A stretch of DNA of 64,000 bases from a virus, in IMG/VR virus record IMGVR_UViG_3300049427_000004, positions 96,001 through 160,000 of that record. One strand, written 5' to 3'. A program made the translations under genes and the position numbers. Positions 9,183 through 18,852 of this stretch are shown here, piece by piece (the stretch's first letter is position 1; every line of letters starts with the position of its first letter). The notes beneath the pieces are model-generated. The model was not told where the DNA came from. It worked only from the letters and a program-made list of their open reading frames with translations, and did not search any database.

Positions 9183-9614
9183 TTATTCATTCTCAATATA
9201 GAATTTACTATCCTTTTGAGTGATCCGATTAAATGAGAATACATTCTGTACAGGTTCATCTATAGCGTTAGCAATTTTATACATGGTTTTGACATCTAGG
9301 TTATCATCTTTAAATATTTGATTGATGCGCTGTTTAGTAACTCCAATCATATTTCCTAACTCCTCCTGAGTTATCCCTTTTGACTTTACAACCTCTTTAG
9401 ATCGATTCTCAAACCCTTCAGCTTTGAATATCGCTATTTGTTTATCAATGTATTTATCAGCTTCATTATCATAGTGTATCTCGTTACAATCGTTGCATTT
9501 TGTTGCAGGTATGTTTGGGATAACTAAAGCTTTATTATCGATGATTTTTTCTAAAGTATCTGTATATGAAATTAGATTTGAAGATCCACAGTATGAGCAG
9601 AATGGAATTTTCAT
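9183..9614 (-). CDS. antitoxin, YgiT/MqsA-type zinc finger plus XRE HTH
   Basis: CSYCGS..IPATKCNDCNEIHY zinc finger; KGITQEELGNMIGVTKQRINQI HTH. Confidence 0.8.
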   Translation of the reverse strand: MKIPFCSYCGSSNLISYTDTLEKIIDNKALVIPNIPATKCNDCNEIHYDNEADKYIDKQIAIFKAEGFENRSKEVVKSKGITQEELGNMIGVTKQRINQIFKDDNLDVKTMYKIANAIDEPVQNVFSFNRITQKDSKFYIENE

Positions 9615-9659
9615 TTGTTAACACTCCTTTAATTTTAGTTTTGCGAGAAGCTATGGACA

Positions 9660-9947
9660 TTATTCCTTGTCCATAGCTGTAATGATTGAAATCCATTTAT
9701 CGGTATGTAGTATTTTGATGGCTAATCTATGATTGTTTGAGCCTCCTTCAATTTTGTATGATGTTATTCCATCTGGATTATCATCGTTTGTTCTTAGGAT
9801 TGTATGAGCGTTAACCAGTATGTCATGAACATCTTCACCTGTCAGGTTACGGTCAATCATTTGGTCTTTAGCGTGTTTGGTACGTGAGTACTTGTTTTCA
9901 GTTGCTAATCGATGTATTAGCGAAAGTATTTCTGACTGTGTAGCCAT
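9660..9947 (-). CDS. DUF4258 (RelE-fold) putative toxin
   Basis: YSRTKHAKDQMIDRNLTGEDV pattern typical of DUF4258; upstream of the zinc-finger-HTH gene. Confidence 0.75.
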   Translation of the reverse strand: MATQSEILSLIHRLATENKYSRTKHAKDQMIDRNLTGEDVHDILVNAHTILRTNDDNPDGITSYKIEGGSNNHRLAIKILHTDKWISIITAMDKE

Positions 9948-10033
9948 TATAAATCATCTCCTCTCTATAAGTCAATTATACACTTTACTTTATGGAGATA
10001 CAAGAAAAAATTATTGATTAATATATTTTATTT

Positions 10034-11011
10034 TTAAGAGCCTATTTTGTAATAGGCTCTGTCTGTCTGTTTATTTTGGTTAGATATAATTGATTGATAC
10101 CACTCCTTGTTAATGTATTGGCTTATTGGTTTGTTGACATATGAAAATGTAAGACTAATTAATATTTGATTATCCTTTTTATATGGTGTCTCGTTTATTA
10201 CTTTAATCCAGAATGAATAATCAGAATCAATGAGTTCGCCTATTATAGTTTCGCTTATCGTGTTGCCATTCTTTAGTTTATTGTAAGCACCCATATGTTT
10301 ATTAACATCTCGTTGCCATTCGTTGTGTGACATGTCAAGATCGTAGTTTGTATTGTAGTATAGGAATGTATAACCTTCACTATTAACGCTTATTTCAGGC
10401 TGATTGGATTCTGAAGCAAATAGTTGTAAGTCTAATTGTAAGGAGTGTTGAGAAGCCTCTGAAGGCTCCTCAGTGACTATGTAAGCTAGATCTAGGTCTG
10501 ATTGTTCACAATAGTTATATGCTTCATTATAGGATAAGAATGAACGGTTATAGGCTATGTATGATTGTTCGGTTTGTACTGATTGTACTGGTTTTTCTTG
10601 AGTTTCTTGTTCATTTTCATTATTTACTTCATTGATTACTTCAACTGTTTGTGCTACTTGAATTTCTTCTACTTTAGTTTCATCAATAATATTGAAATGA
10701 GCTTTTAAACGTTGAATATAGTTCATTACTTTTTCTGCATCTTCATGAGTCTTAAGCATTCTATAAGCTACCTTCAACTGTTGTAGACCGTTTTGCTTAT
10801 TTACTTCTGATTGAACGGATTTAGTAGTGGATTCAAAAGTAATAGTGGATACAATCGTTTCACCTGCTTTGATAGCTGCTTGACGGTTATCGGCATAGAT
10901 TAGGAATTCTTCGATTTTACCGAACATGTCAACATTTAATTCATATGTGTAACCCATTTCAATAAAGTTGTAACCTTTACGTCCTTTTTTGGAAATAGTG
11001 AAGTATCTCAT
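10034..11011 (-). CDS. hypothetical multidomain early protein with internal LQLDLQLFAS motif
   Basis: 325-aa ORF with acidic Q/E-rich linkers; SD GAGG; own promoter near 11049-11078. Confidence 0.7.
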   Translation of the reverse strand: MRYFTISKKGRKGYNFIEMGYTYELNVDMFGKIEEFLIYADNRQAAIKAGETIVSTITFESTTKSVQSEVNKQNGLQQLKVAYRMLKTHEDAEKVMNYIQRLKAHFNIIDETKVEEIQVAQTVEVINEVNNENEQETQEKPVQSVQTEQSYIAYNRSFLSYNEAYNYCEQSDLDLAYIVTEEPSEASQHSLQLDLQLFASESNQPEISVNSEGYTFLYYNTNYDLDMSHNEWQRDVNKHMGAYNKLKNGNTISETIIGELIDSDYSFWIKVINETPYKKDNQILISLTFSYVNKPISQYINKEWYQSIISNQNKQTDRAYYKIGS

Positions 11012-11583
11012 AGTGAAAACCTCTTCTCAATGTTTTATTTTATAATTCATTATAGCATGGATGGATTGAGTAAGTAAAGTGATTAGTTTACTTTAATTGA
11101 ATGAAATATTGATATGGATATGTGTGATTGATATGATGCTATAGTGTTCTATTGTGATAGGATATAAGGCTATTGTATGACCGTGTAAGACGTTGTGAGA
11201 CATTATGAGATAATGAGAATAGATATAGTGTAATGTGATGTATGATTGATTAGAGTTGATTGTGGGTAGTGTGAAGCGTTATAGAGTGTATGTAGAGAGA
11301 TCGTGAAAAGATAGATAATAATATGGATGTGATAAGTTATATTAATAAGATATAGATAGTGATAGATAATAGTTATAAGTTGTGTTGAGCATTGTTAATG
11401 GGACATTATACGTCCCGATTATAGAGTTATATGGATATGATAAGTTATTCTTATTGATATGACATATTGATAGATAAAACTTATCTGTTGTCATGTAGTT
11501 GATGGTTAGATAATTATGTGATATCTATTTGATGTGGTAGTATAGGGTTAATAATACAGTATAGCAGAATGATACAGATTTTT

Positions 11584-11668
11584 GTTAACCTAATATAGAT
11601 TGTTTCAGTTAACATATATAGATGATTGTTAACTAACATTGAATATACAAGGTTAACATATATAGATA
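11584..11668. repeat. iteron-like array: four GTTAAC palindromes, GTTAACATATATAGAT twice
   Basis: GTTAAC at 11584, 11608, 11628 and 11652 (spacing 24/20/24). Confidence 0.75.
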
Positions 11669-12595
11669 TGACTAAATGACCAAATTAGAATTCTAGTCAC
11701 TTAACAATTCGGTGCTATGTTACTATAGCGATTTGGAGCTAAGAAGAAAACTTTTATTTTTTTTACTGGTCAATGCTGTTTCATCTGTCCTCCCTCTGAC
11801 CTCACTGGATCGTGGATATCAGTGGCAGACTATACCCTAATCAGTATGTCATTAATAAAGATAGGGTGATGAAATCGGAGTTTTAATTGATGAATATTAG
11901 GCTCATTTCCTCTATTCCGTACGAATGTATATTCGTTGGGAGTGAAAATGTATAGTAATGACAAGGGATGGACGGTCATGGAGTGAGTACCATGCATAGG
12001 TGGGGGGGATGGTTTACATCCAAAAATTGTAAAATATTGAGCAATGGGCGGCTATCTGTTCATCTTCCACACTCAACTTATAATCTCATTCGATATCCAT
12101 TTCATTTCTATTTTTACCTCCATCCACTCTATTCCTATCCATCTACTCAACTTTTCATCCCCACTCAAATCCCACTCAATTTCACCTCTCTCACACCCTC
12201 CTGCTATCGTATTTGCTATCGATCACCTATCGTTAAAACTCAATGTTTATCTACATTTTCACTTTCACCTTATCTCCTCTAATCATCACATTTTCACCAA
12301 TTCCTACCTACATTCACCCATTATCCACCTATCCAATCACCTCTACTCTCAATTTTCCCTTATTTTATCTACCTTTTCACGATACACTCTACTCTTCAGC
12401 AAATCACCTACCATATACAATATCTCCTAATCGCTCTCAATCCCATATAAACTCTACACTTTCCATCTATTCACAGCTCCCAATTCAAACTCTACCGATA
12501 GCACAATTTTCCCTCATCGATAACATATCCTATATATCACCTTTACAGGGGAGGGGGATACTTTAACATCAAAAAATAAAGCAGCTACCCATATA

Positions 12596-13525
12596 CTAGG
12601 TAACTGCCAATTTTTCATTTATATATTTCTCTTCGTATCTCTCAAACATCCCATCATATGTATAGCTATCCTTTTTCTTTTTTATAATAGCCTCACATTT
12701 AACAATAAACTTAGGAAACAAATAATGATCCTTGCACATTTTATAGATATTATAATCATATTGCTCAATTTCACTAAACATGTTAATTGCCTCTTCTATA
12801 TTCCCCCATGCATTACACTCAACTTTTTCTCTAATTTCTAGTACTGTAAATTCACCTTCAACTGTACTGATAACATCATTATCTCCATATACAGAAGAGT
12901 AATCATTTACCTCTTGTATATATCTGTTCAATTTATCATGATAATAAAACTTACCAGAGTCTATTTTAATTCTGCCATCAGACTCCATCCTCTTTAGCAA
13001 CTTCTCTACTCCCTGTGATTTATATCCCATTTGATTTGCCCACTCAGAAATAGATATCCTATGCTCAGAATTTTTCCATTTTGCTATATATGAGAATATA
13101 AAAAACTCCTTAGCATTAACTGATCTATCAAACATCCAATGCTCTATTACAGTAAATCGTTTAGGAGTTGTTTTCAGTAGATATATCTTCATAGGCTGCA
13201 TAAATTTATTAGTAACCTTTTCATCTAATACTTTCATATGTATAAAGCCTTTATCTTGCAAACCAATCAATGCATTATAAACACTAACAAAATTCTTGCT
13301 GGACACCTTCTGTAATTGTGCAGATATGGATAGCATATGAACATTAGTAAACACAATACTCTTATGTATATCATGATTCAATCTGCTGATACAATATAGA
13401 ACATATAACTCATCAATTTTATTCTTATCCTCTAACCAATCCTCAAAAAATGAATTATCAACTTTTATATTATACTCATATAGATTATACATACACTCCA
13501 AATCCAACTGTCGAATCAAATCCAA
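12596..13525 (-). CDS. tandem winged-helix protein, replication-initiator-like
   Basis: FFIFSYIAKWK..ISISEWANQMGYKSQGVEKLLKRMESDGRIK wHTH; preceded by a palindrome array. Confidence 0.55.
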   Translation of the reverse strand: MDLIRQLDLECMYNLYEYNIKVDNSFFEDWLEDKNKIDELYVLYCISRLNHDIHKSIVFTNVHMLSISAQLQKVSSKNFVSVYNALIGLQDKGFIHMKVLDEKVTNKFMQPMKIYLLKTTPKRFTVIEHWMFDRSVNAKEFFIFSYIAKWKNSEHRISISEWANQMGYKSQGVEKLLKRMESDGRIKIDSGKFYYHDKLNRYIQEVNDYSSVYGDNDVISTVEGEFTVLEIREKVECNAWGNIEEAINMFSEIEQYDYNIYKMCKDHYLFPKFIVKCEAIIKKKKDSYTYDGMFERYEEKYINEKLAVT

Positions 13526-13617
13526 AAAATCTCACTCCCTTCCCTTTCGTTCTTGAATTTTAAAGTTTTTTATTTTTAAGTTCTTTCTTTTAAAGACATT
13601 TATATCTCCCCACTTTT

Positions 13618-13753
13618 GGTAAAAATTTTTACCTGAAATCAGTACTTTTTATTACTTTAGGTAAGATTTTTTACCTAAAATATTTCTTTCTGGTGAATTT
13701 TCTTACCTAAAATATAATCTTTATTATTTGAGGTAAAAATTTTCACCAGAAAT
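13618..13753. repeat. array of four imperfect palindromes GGT(A/G)A..ATTTT..ACC
   Basis: GGTAAAAATTTTTACC 13618-13633; AGGTAAGATTTTTTACCT 13659-13676; TGGTGAATTTTCTTACCT ~13691-13708; AGGTAAAAATTTTCACCA ~13731-13748. Confidence 0.75.
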
Positions 13754-13758
13754 ATATC

Positions 13759-15999
13759 CTACTCATTCTTCAACATGCTCTCCAAAAATGTCTGTCTTCT
13801 CAAATTATCCACCTTACGCATAGCATAATTCAATGTCTCAGCTTGAGTTAAAATGATACAATAGTCAACAGCTCTCGTGATCGCAGTATAGATTAAGTTG
13901 CAGCTTAACTGGAATTTATGAGATCTGTCTGCAATAATCAAAACAGCCTTACTACTACTCCCTTGACTCTTGTGACAGGTTATACTCCAAGCATGGATCA
14001 ACTGGTTCATCTCATCTAATGACAATTTAACTGTATCATCATCAAATTCAATGATAGTTCCTCTAGGGTCAACCATTATCTCATCTTCATTTCCTTCTTC
14101 ATCTTGAACATACTTTATGTATTTTTCACCTTCTAGGACAATGTTCTGTATTGTTCCACTATCTCCATTTACAATCGTGACTGCTTCGCCTTCATCATTT
14201 TCAATTCCATATGTATTTTTTACATTCATAACATAATCATCTTGTCTAAAGGTCATATAGTCACCGTACTGATATTCAACCTTGGCTTCTGTTTTAGGAT
14301 TAACAAGTTCTTGAACGTACTTGTTAATTTCCACCGTACCGATTTCCCCTTTTTTCGTGGGAGTTAATACCATGATATCCATAGGGTCAAATTTATTGAG
14401 ATATTTTTTGTAATAATGTTTGTATCCATCTTGCATATGATTTTGATCAACACAATGAATGATTAGATTTTCGCCAAACTTCTTCACACCTGAGAAATTG
14501 TCGTCAATGAATTTCTGCTTCATTCGCACACGGCTTGCTATATCAAGAATGCCACCTTCACTTTGGCGAAACACAATATCCAACATAGTCGCTGGAATCA
14601 CTTTGCTTTCAATTGCATCGTGCAATATATTTCCGCCCATGACCGCAGCAAGCTGAGCAGAGTCACCGCAAAATAATATCCTTGCTTTTGGATTAGTTAT
14701 TTTAGATAATAGCATCTGCATTATGAAGATATCAGTCATCGACATCTCGTCTACCACAATTACATCAGCGTCAACTTATATCAATTGTCTTTGCTCTTTG
14801 TCTTTTCCATATCCAATAGCTCTATGTATAGTTTGTGCTTGCCTTCCTGTATAACTTGACAATAGTTTGGCAGCTTTACCTGTAGGAGATAGTAAAACAT
14901 AACTCATTCCTAACTCCTCTAATAATTCAACAAGCAATCTTTGCATCTGAGTTTTCCCTGTACCAGCATATCCTACTAATAGTGAGGCAGAATGCTTTTT
15001 AACATTATGAAAAAATTCCTTCTGTTGCTCAGACAAACCATGTTTTAAGGTATCTTTATATTTGACTTCCATGCGATGTATAAATTCATTTGGGTCAAAA
15101 TTTAATTCCATAGAATTATGAAGCATTTGTTTTAGTTTTGTTGCTATGTGTTTTTCAGCTTGATAAGTTTTCAATAAGGCAATCTTATCACCAATAACAA
15201 TAATTCCTTCTGTATTTTTAATTTGTTCGTTTATTAAATTTTCATTGATATCTAAGTTGTCGATAGCTGCTTTAACCATTTTGTCAATTATCATATATGT
15301 ATGACCTTCTTGCTGATTGTTCTCTAGTGTATATTTGATTCCAGATTGAATTCTGAATGGATGATCGAAAACAAACCCCATCTTACGTGCAATGATATCT
15401 GCTTTCTTGAATCCTATTCCACTCACTAGCTCACAAAGGCAGTAAGGATTGTCTTCAATCTTTTGAATAGCTAATTGCACACTTTCAAACTTCTCTGCAA
15501 TTTTCATAACTACATTGTATGTAATTCCATATCGACCAAGTTTAGATAGTAAGTCTCTATGTTCGATATTTTCTAAAACTTTTTTACGTATCTGTTTATA
15601 TGTCTTTTCACCTATACCCTTAACCAATTTAGAATTGAACTTGTCATCCACAATCATTTGGATAATATCCTCGTTTAGATACACTTTAAATAATTCTTCA
15701 ACCTGTTTATCTGTTAAAAGATACCTAAAGAATGATTTTTGATCCTCACCTGAAGATGGCATATCTTGATATATGGAATGACACTCATAACTTGCACCGT
15801 ATTGTGGATGAACCTCGGTTAACTCTACATTGGCAACATACTCCACTCCTAAATCTAAACGCTGCATGACTCCCTTTATTGATGCATTACTGTATTTATT
15901 AAGTTGTATCGCATGGTCTTTGGTGGTACATGAATAAATGCGAAAATCACCTTTATTGAATATCATTTTAATTGGTGTTAATTTAGTTTCAATTATCAT
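13759..15999 (-). pseudogene. recD2: RecD2-like SF1B helicase interrupted by an in-frame TAA at 14778-14776
   Basis: Walker A GYAGTGKT and LSPTGKAA in the 5' part; the frame continues QRQLI*VDADVIVVDEMSM into motif II, then GDSAQL, FRQSEG, HAWSITCHKSQGS and YTAITRA. Confidence 0.85.
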
Positions 16000-16059
16000 T
16001 TTTCATCTCCTTATTATGTTTATTAATTTTCACATAAACAAAATGTATATTTCCCTTTT

Positions 16060-16857
16060 TTATTTTTGATTTAACTTTCCTAAGTATTCATATTTGAATA
16101 TTATAGCATCTTTAACATCTTTAAATAATGCAATATCTTTTTGTTTTCCATTAATTCTAAAGCGAACAATCCATCGCTGTTCACTTTTACTCCAAATGAC
16201 ATTCTTTTCTCCAGATTGCTTTTCTGCTATTCGTTTTAATTTCGGAGCAATTATATCTTTACCTGTCACACCTTTTTTAAATCTATTAGTTATAATATGT
16301 ATTTCCACACCTGATTCATCTGACCACTGTGTTGCTGTTTTTGTAATGCCCTCAATCTCTATGTATAAATTGTTTCGTCTATTATTTTGTTGAATTTTCA
16401 TCGTTTCCCATCTGCAATTGCTTGGCTCGTAGTTACCGTTCACATCTTTTCGATCAATCGTCAGTTCATCTGTATAACCATTTTTCATCGACCACTCATA
16501 AAAATTTTGAAATCCATTTCTACCTAACCAATCGTCGCAAATCTTAATTCCTCTGCCCCCATAATTATGATAGTTTTCACAGTATTCTTTATAACACCTT
16601 TCTTTCATACCCTTCCATATCTTATACAGCCTTGTATTTTTCCTCCCATGCGTAGATACTATGTCTGCGTGTAAGCAGCCGCAACTTCTAGTGTTTCCGT
16701 TAATTAAACCACTACATCTAACGATTTTCTCATTTCCACAGTCGCAAATGCACATCCACATAATATGTGATTTTTCACTTTCGACGCGCTTAATGGCTGT
16801 TAGTCGACCGAATTTTTGTTTCGTTATATCTTTAGTTTTATTCAATATCATTACCAC
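16060..16857 (-). CDS. free-standing HNH-type homing endonuclease with C-terminal AP2-like domain
   Basis: KFGRLTAIKR..WMCICDCGN..SCGC, YGGRGIKICDDW, LTIDRKDVNGNYEPSNCRW; C-terminal NVIWSKSEQRWIVRFRINGK. Confidence 0.85.
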   Translation of the reverse strand: MVMILNKTKDITKQKFGRLTAIKRVESEKSHIMWMCICDCGNEKIVRCSGLINGNTRSCGCLHADIVSTHGRKNTRLYKIWKGMKERCYKEYCENYHNYGGRGIKICDDWLGRNGFQNFYEWSMKNGYTDELTIDRKDVNGNYEPSNCRWETMKIQQNNRRNNLYIEIEGITKTATQWSDESGVEIHIITNRFKKGVTGKDIIAPKLKRIAEKQSGEKNVIWSKSEQRWIVRFRINGKQKDIALFKDVKDAIIFKYEYLGKLNQK

Positions 16858-17029
16858 CTTTTATTTTTAAAAAATATGTCCATTTCCTGTAAATATGTTC
16901 AGGTATTCTTTGTTTTCCATTTTCCAACATAGATACATATGCCTTTGTAACATTTAAACTTTCAGATATTTCTTTCGCCATAATATCATTTTTGATTCTT
17001 TTAATTTTTAATTCTTTACCAGTTAGCAA
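16838..17029 (-). CDS. XRE-family HTH regulator
   Basis: ELKIKRIKNDIMAKEISESLNVTKAYVSMLENGK; minus-strand promoter TTGACT-18-TATATT near 17097-17126. Confidence 0.8.
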   Translation of the reverse strand: MLTGKELKIKRIKNDIMAKEISESLNVTKAYVSMLENGKQRIPEHIYRKWTYFLKIKGGNDIE

Positions 17030-17155
17030 ATTTCACACCCCCATTAAATAGTTAATAAAAACAAAGCACTGCCGACATAAGTTAATCGACAATGCTAATA
17101 TATCAAACTACATATTAATAAGTCAATACTTTTATGAATTTACATATTTTTGTTT

Positions 17156-18217
17156 TTAAGCGTCAATCATGTCTTGTATGGTTAATCCTAGTTTCCGATA
17201 AGCATTAGGATCATGTTCTTTTAATAATTTAAGCAATTCATCTTTATCGACTAGACTGAATACTGCCTCATCAAAGCTTTTCATCATTCTTATTCCTGCT
17301 AGACGACCCTGATCCACATTCTTATCAGTGTAATGATCTACGAGAACCTGAATAGACCTATGTCCCGTTTGGCGAGCAGCCATATAAACATCTCCGCTAC
17401 TTTCTAATTCATAACATGCTCCAACTTTTCTCAAACTATGGGTTGTAATTCTATCCTCTTTAGGAATACCCATCTTCTCAGCGAGACGTTTAACACAATC
17501 ATTTACACTATCAACAGTAAGATTAACAAACACTTTATCAGTGTTTACTGTATTCTCAGTCTTAAGTTGAATCAATTTCTCGTAAAGGTCTTTTTCAAAT
17601 GGAGAAACTGAATACTCATCTCCTTTGTCTAATACTTTTACATTGTAGAAGTCAGTCTTCTTATTGAATTTAATATCTGCCCATGTTGCGGATAACAAAG
17701 CATCAACACGAACACTTGTGATAGCTGCTAAAAGTATGTACAAGTGTTTTTCGAATCCATGGAATTTTTCTTCCAATGCAAGTTCTGCCATAACCTTTAC
17801 TTGCTCTACGCTTAACACACCATAGCTTTTAAAATTAACCTTAAGCGGTTTAACTGCAAAGGCAATATGCTCAACATCATATCCGTAACCTTGAAGCTTC
17901 TTATATACAGTTTTTAGTCCTGCCATTTTCTTATTCACTGTTGCTGGTGCTTCAGGATGCTTCTTTTTAAGGTGATTTCTGTATTTTGTAGTGTGCTTGA
18001 GTGTGATTTTCTCTTTAATTGTACCGTCAGTGATAAATTCCACTTCGTCTTTTGTCATTTCGTTAATTTCTTTGCCATGATAAAACTTAAAAAACTCAGT
18101 CACACACCTGTAGTATTCTTTTTTAGTTTCATCTTTGTAGTCATTCAATACAGTCATAATATCCGTGTACACATTGTTTACTCCAATATTTTGTACTTCT
18201 GCTAACATTTCAACCAT
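17156..18217 (-). CDS. tyrosine recombinase (SPbeta YopP-like)
   Basis: R-K-HxxR-H-Y set: TSVRVDA, LDKGD, THSLRKVG, TGHRS, DHYTD. Confidence 0.85.
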   Translation of the reverse strand: MVEMLAEVQNIGVNNVYTDIMTVLNDYKDETKKEYYRCVTEFFKFYHGKEINEMTKDEVEFITDGTIKEKITLKHTTKYRNHLKKKHPEAPATVNKKMAGLKTVYKKLQGYGYDVEHIAFAVKPLKVNFKSYGVLSVEQVKVMAELALEEKFHGFEKHLYILLAAITSVRVDALLSATWADIKFNKKTDFYNVKVLDKGDEYSVSPFEKDLYEKLIQLKTENTVNTDKVFVNLTVDSVNDCVKRLAEKMGIPKEDRITTHSLRKVGACYELESSGDVYMAARQTGHRSIQVLVDHYTDKNVDQGRLAGIRMMKSFDEAVFSLVDKDELLKLLKEHDPNAYRKLGLTIQDMIDA

Positions 18218-18262
18218 CTCCCATTCCCAACGTTATATTTTCCAATTTCTTCTTGTGTCTTT

Positions 18263-18291
18263 ATTATATATTCGTCGGGAATAGATGTCAA
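18263..18291 (-). promoter_or_regulatory. perfect consensus sigmaA promoter of the recombinase
   Basis: TTGACA-17-TATAAT on the minus strand. Confidence 0.85.
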
Positions 18292-18458
18292 CACATTACC
18301 ATCTATATTTAAATATTTTATTTATATACCCACTCATACAAATTCCCTTCTCCATTTTCAGCTCTCCACTAATTCAACCTTACCCTGTTCCATCTAAATT
18401 TATATATCCACTTACACAAAATCAGACTCGAAATTGAAATTAGCCTCTTACTCAATCC

Positions 18459-18665
18459 TCACCAGAAATCCCTAATCCGAACATCATACCCTTTACCGCG
18501 AAGATAACTTATTACCCTCACGATGGTTTCTTCGTATGGCTCGTAATCATTGTCGCTACATAACCTTGTCGCTGTGTTTTTATTGATGGGCAGCTCACCC
18601 TGTTTGACACCATTCGAATTGCACCACTTACCAAATTTGGTTTGTTGTTTTCCTAATCCATACAT
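18459..18665 (-). CDS. small XRE-like HTH protein of Bacillus mobile elements
   Basis: MYGLGKQQTKFGKWC...NKNTATRLCSDNDYEP...IRDFW family pattern; SD AAGGGGTGG. Confidence 0.75.
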   Translation of the reverse strand: MYGLGKQQTKFGKWCNSNGVKQGELPINKNTATRLCSDNDYEPYEETIVRVISYLRGKGYDVRIRDFW

Positions 18666-18689
18666 CTAATATCCACCCCTTCATACAAC

Positions 18690-18719
18690 TAGGATGGACA
18701 TTCTTTGAAAAATTTATAC
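18690..18719 (-). promoter_or_regulatory. sigmaG-type (forespore) promoter
   Basis: Minus strand GTATA-N18-CATCCTA, against the B. subtilis sigmaG consensus GHATA-N18-CATACTA. Confidence 0.6.
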
Positions 18720-18852
18720 GCTAATATAAAAAACCACAGGAATAATGACCAAGCATGTCGATATATGCTATATCATCAAGCGCAAACAACACGACACAAC
18801 ATCAAACAAGAGCATCCACTCAAAGAAAATATCTCAAAGGAGGATTGAATAT

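Noticed and set aside
11968-12566. Three overlapping + strand ORFs (104, 128 and 107 aa) rich in H/P/S/L/I
   Set aside because: They arise because the G-free strand cannot form TAG/TGA stops; no SD and low-complexity translation.
14776-16857. Group I intron or intein explaining the split helicase next to an HNH gene
   Set aside because: Only six codons separate the halves and they are in frame; the HNH gene lies outside the helicase.
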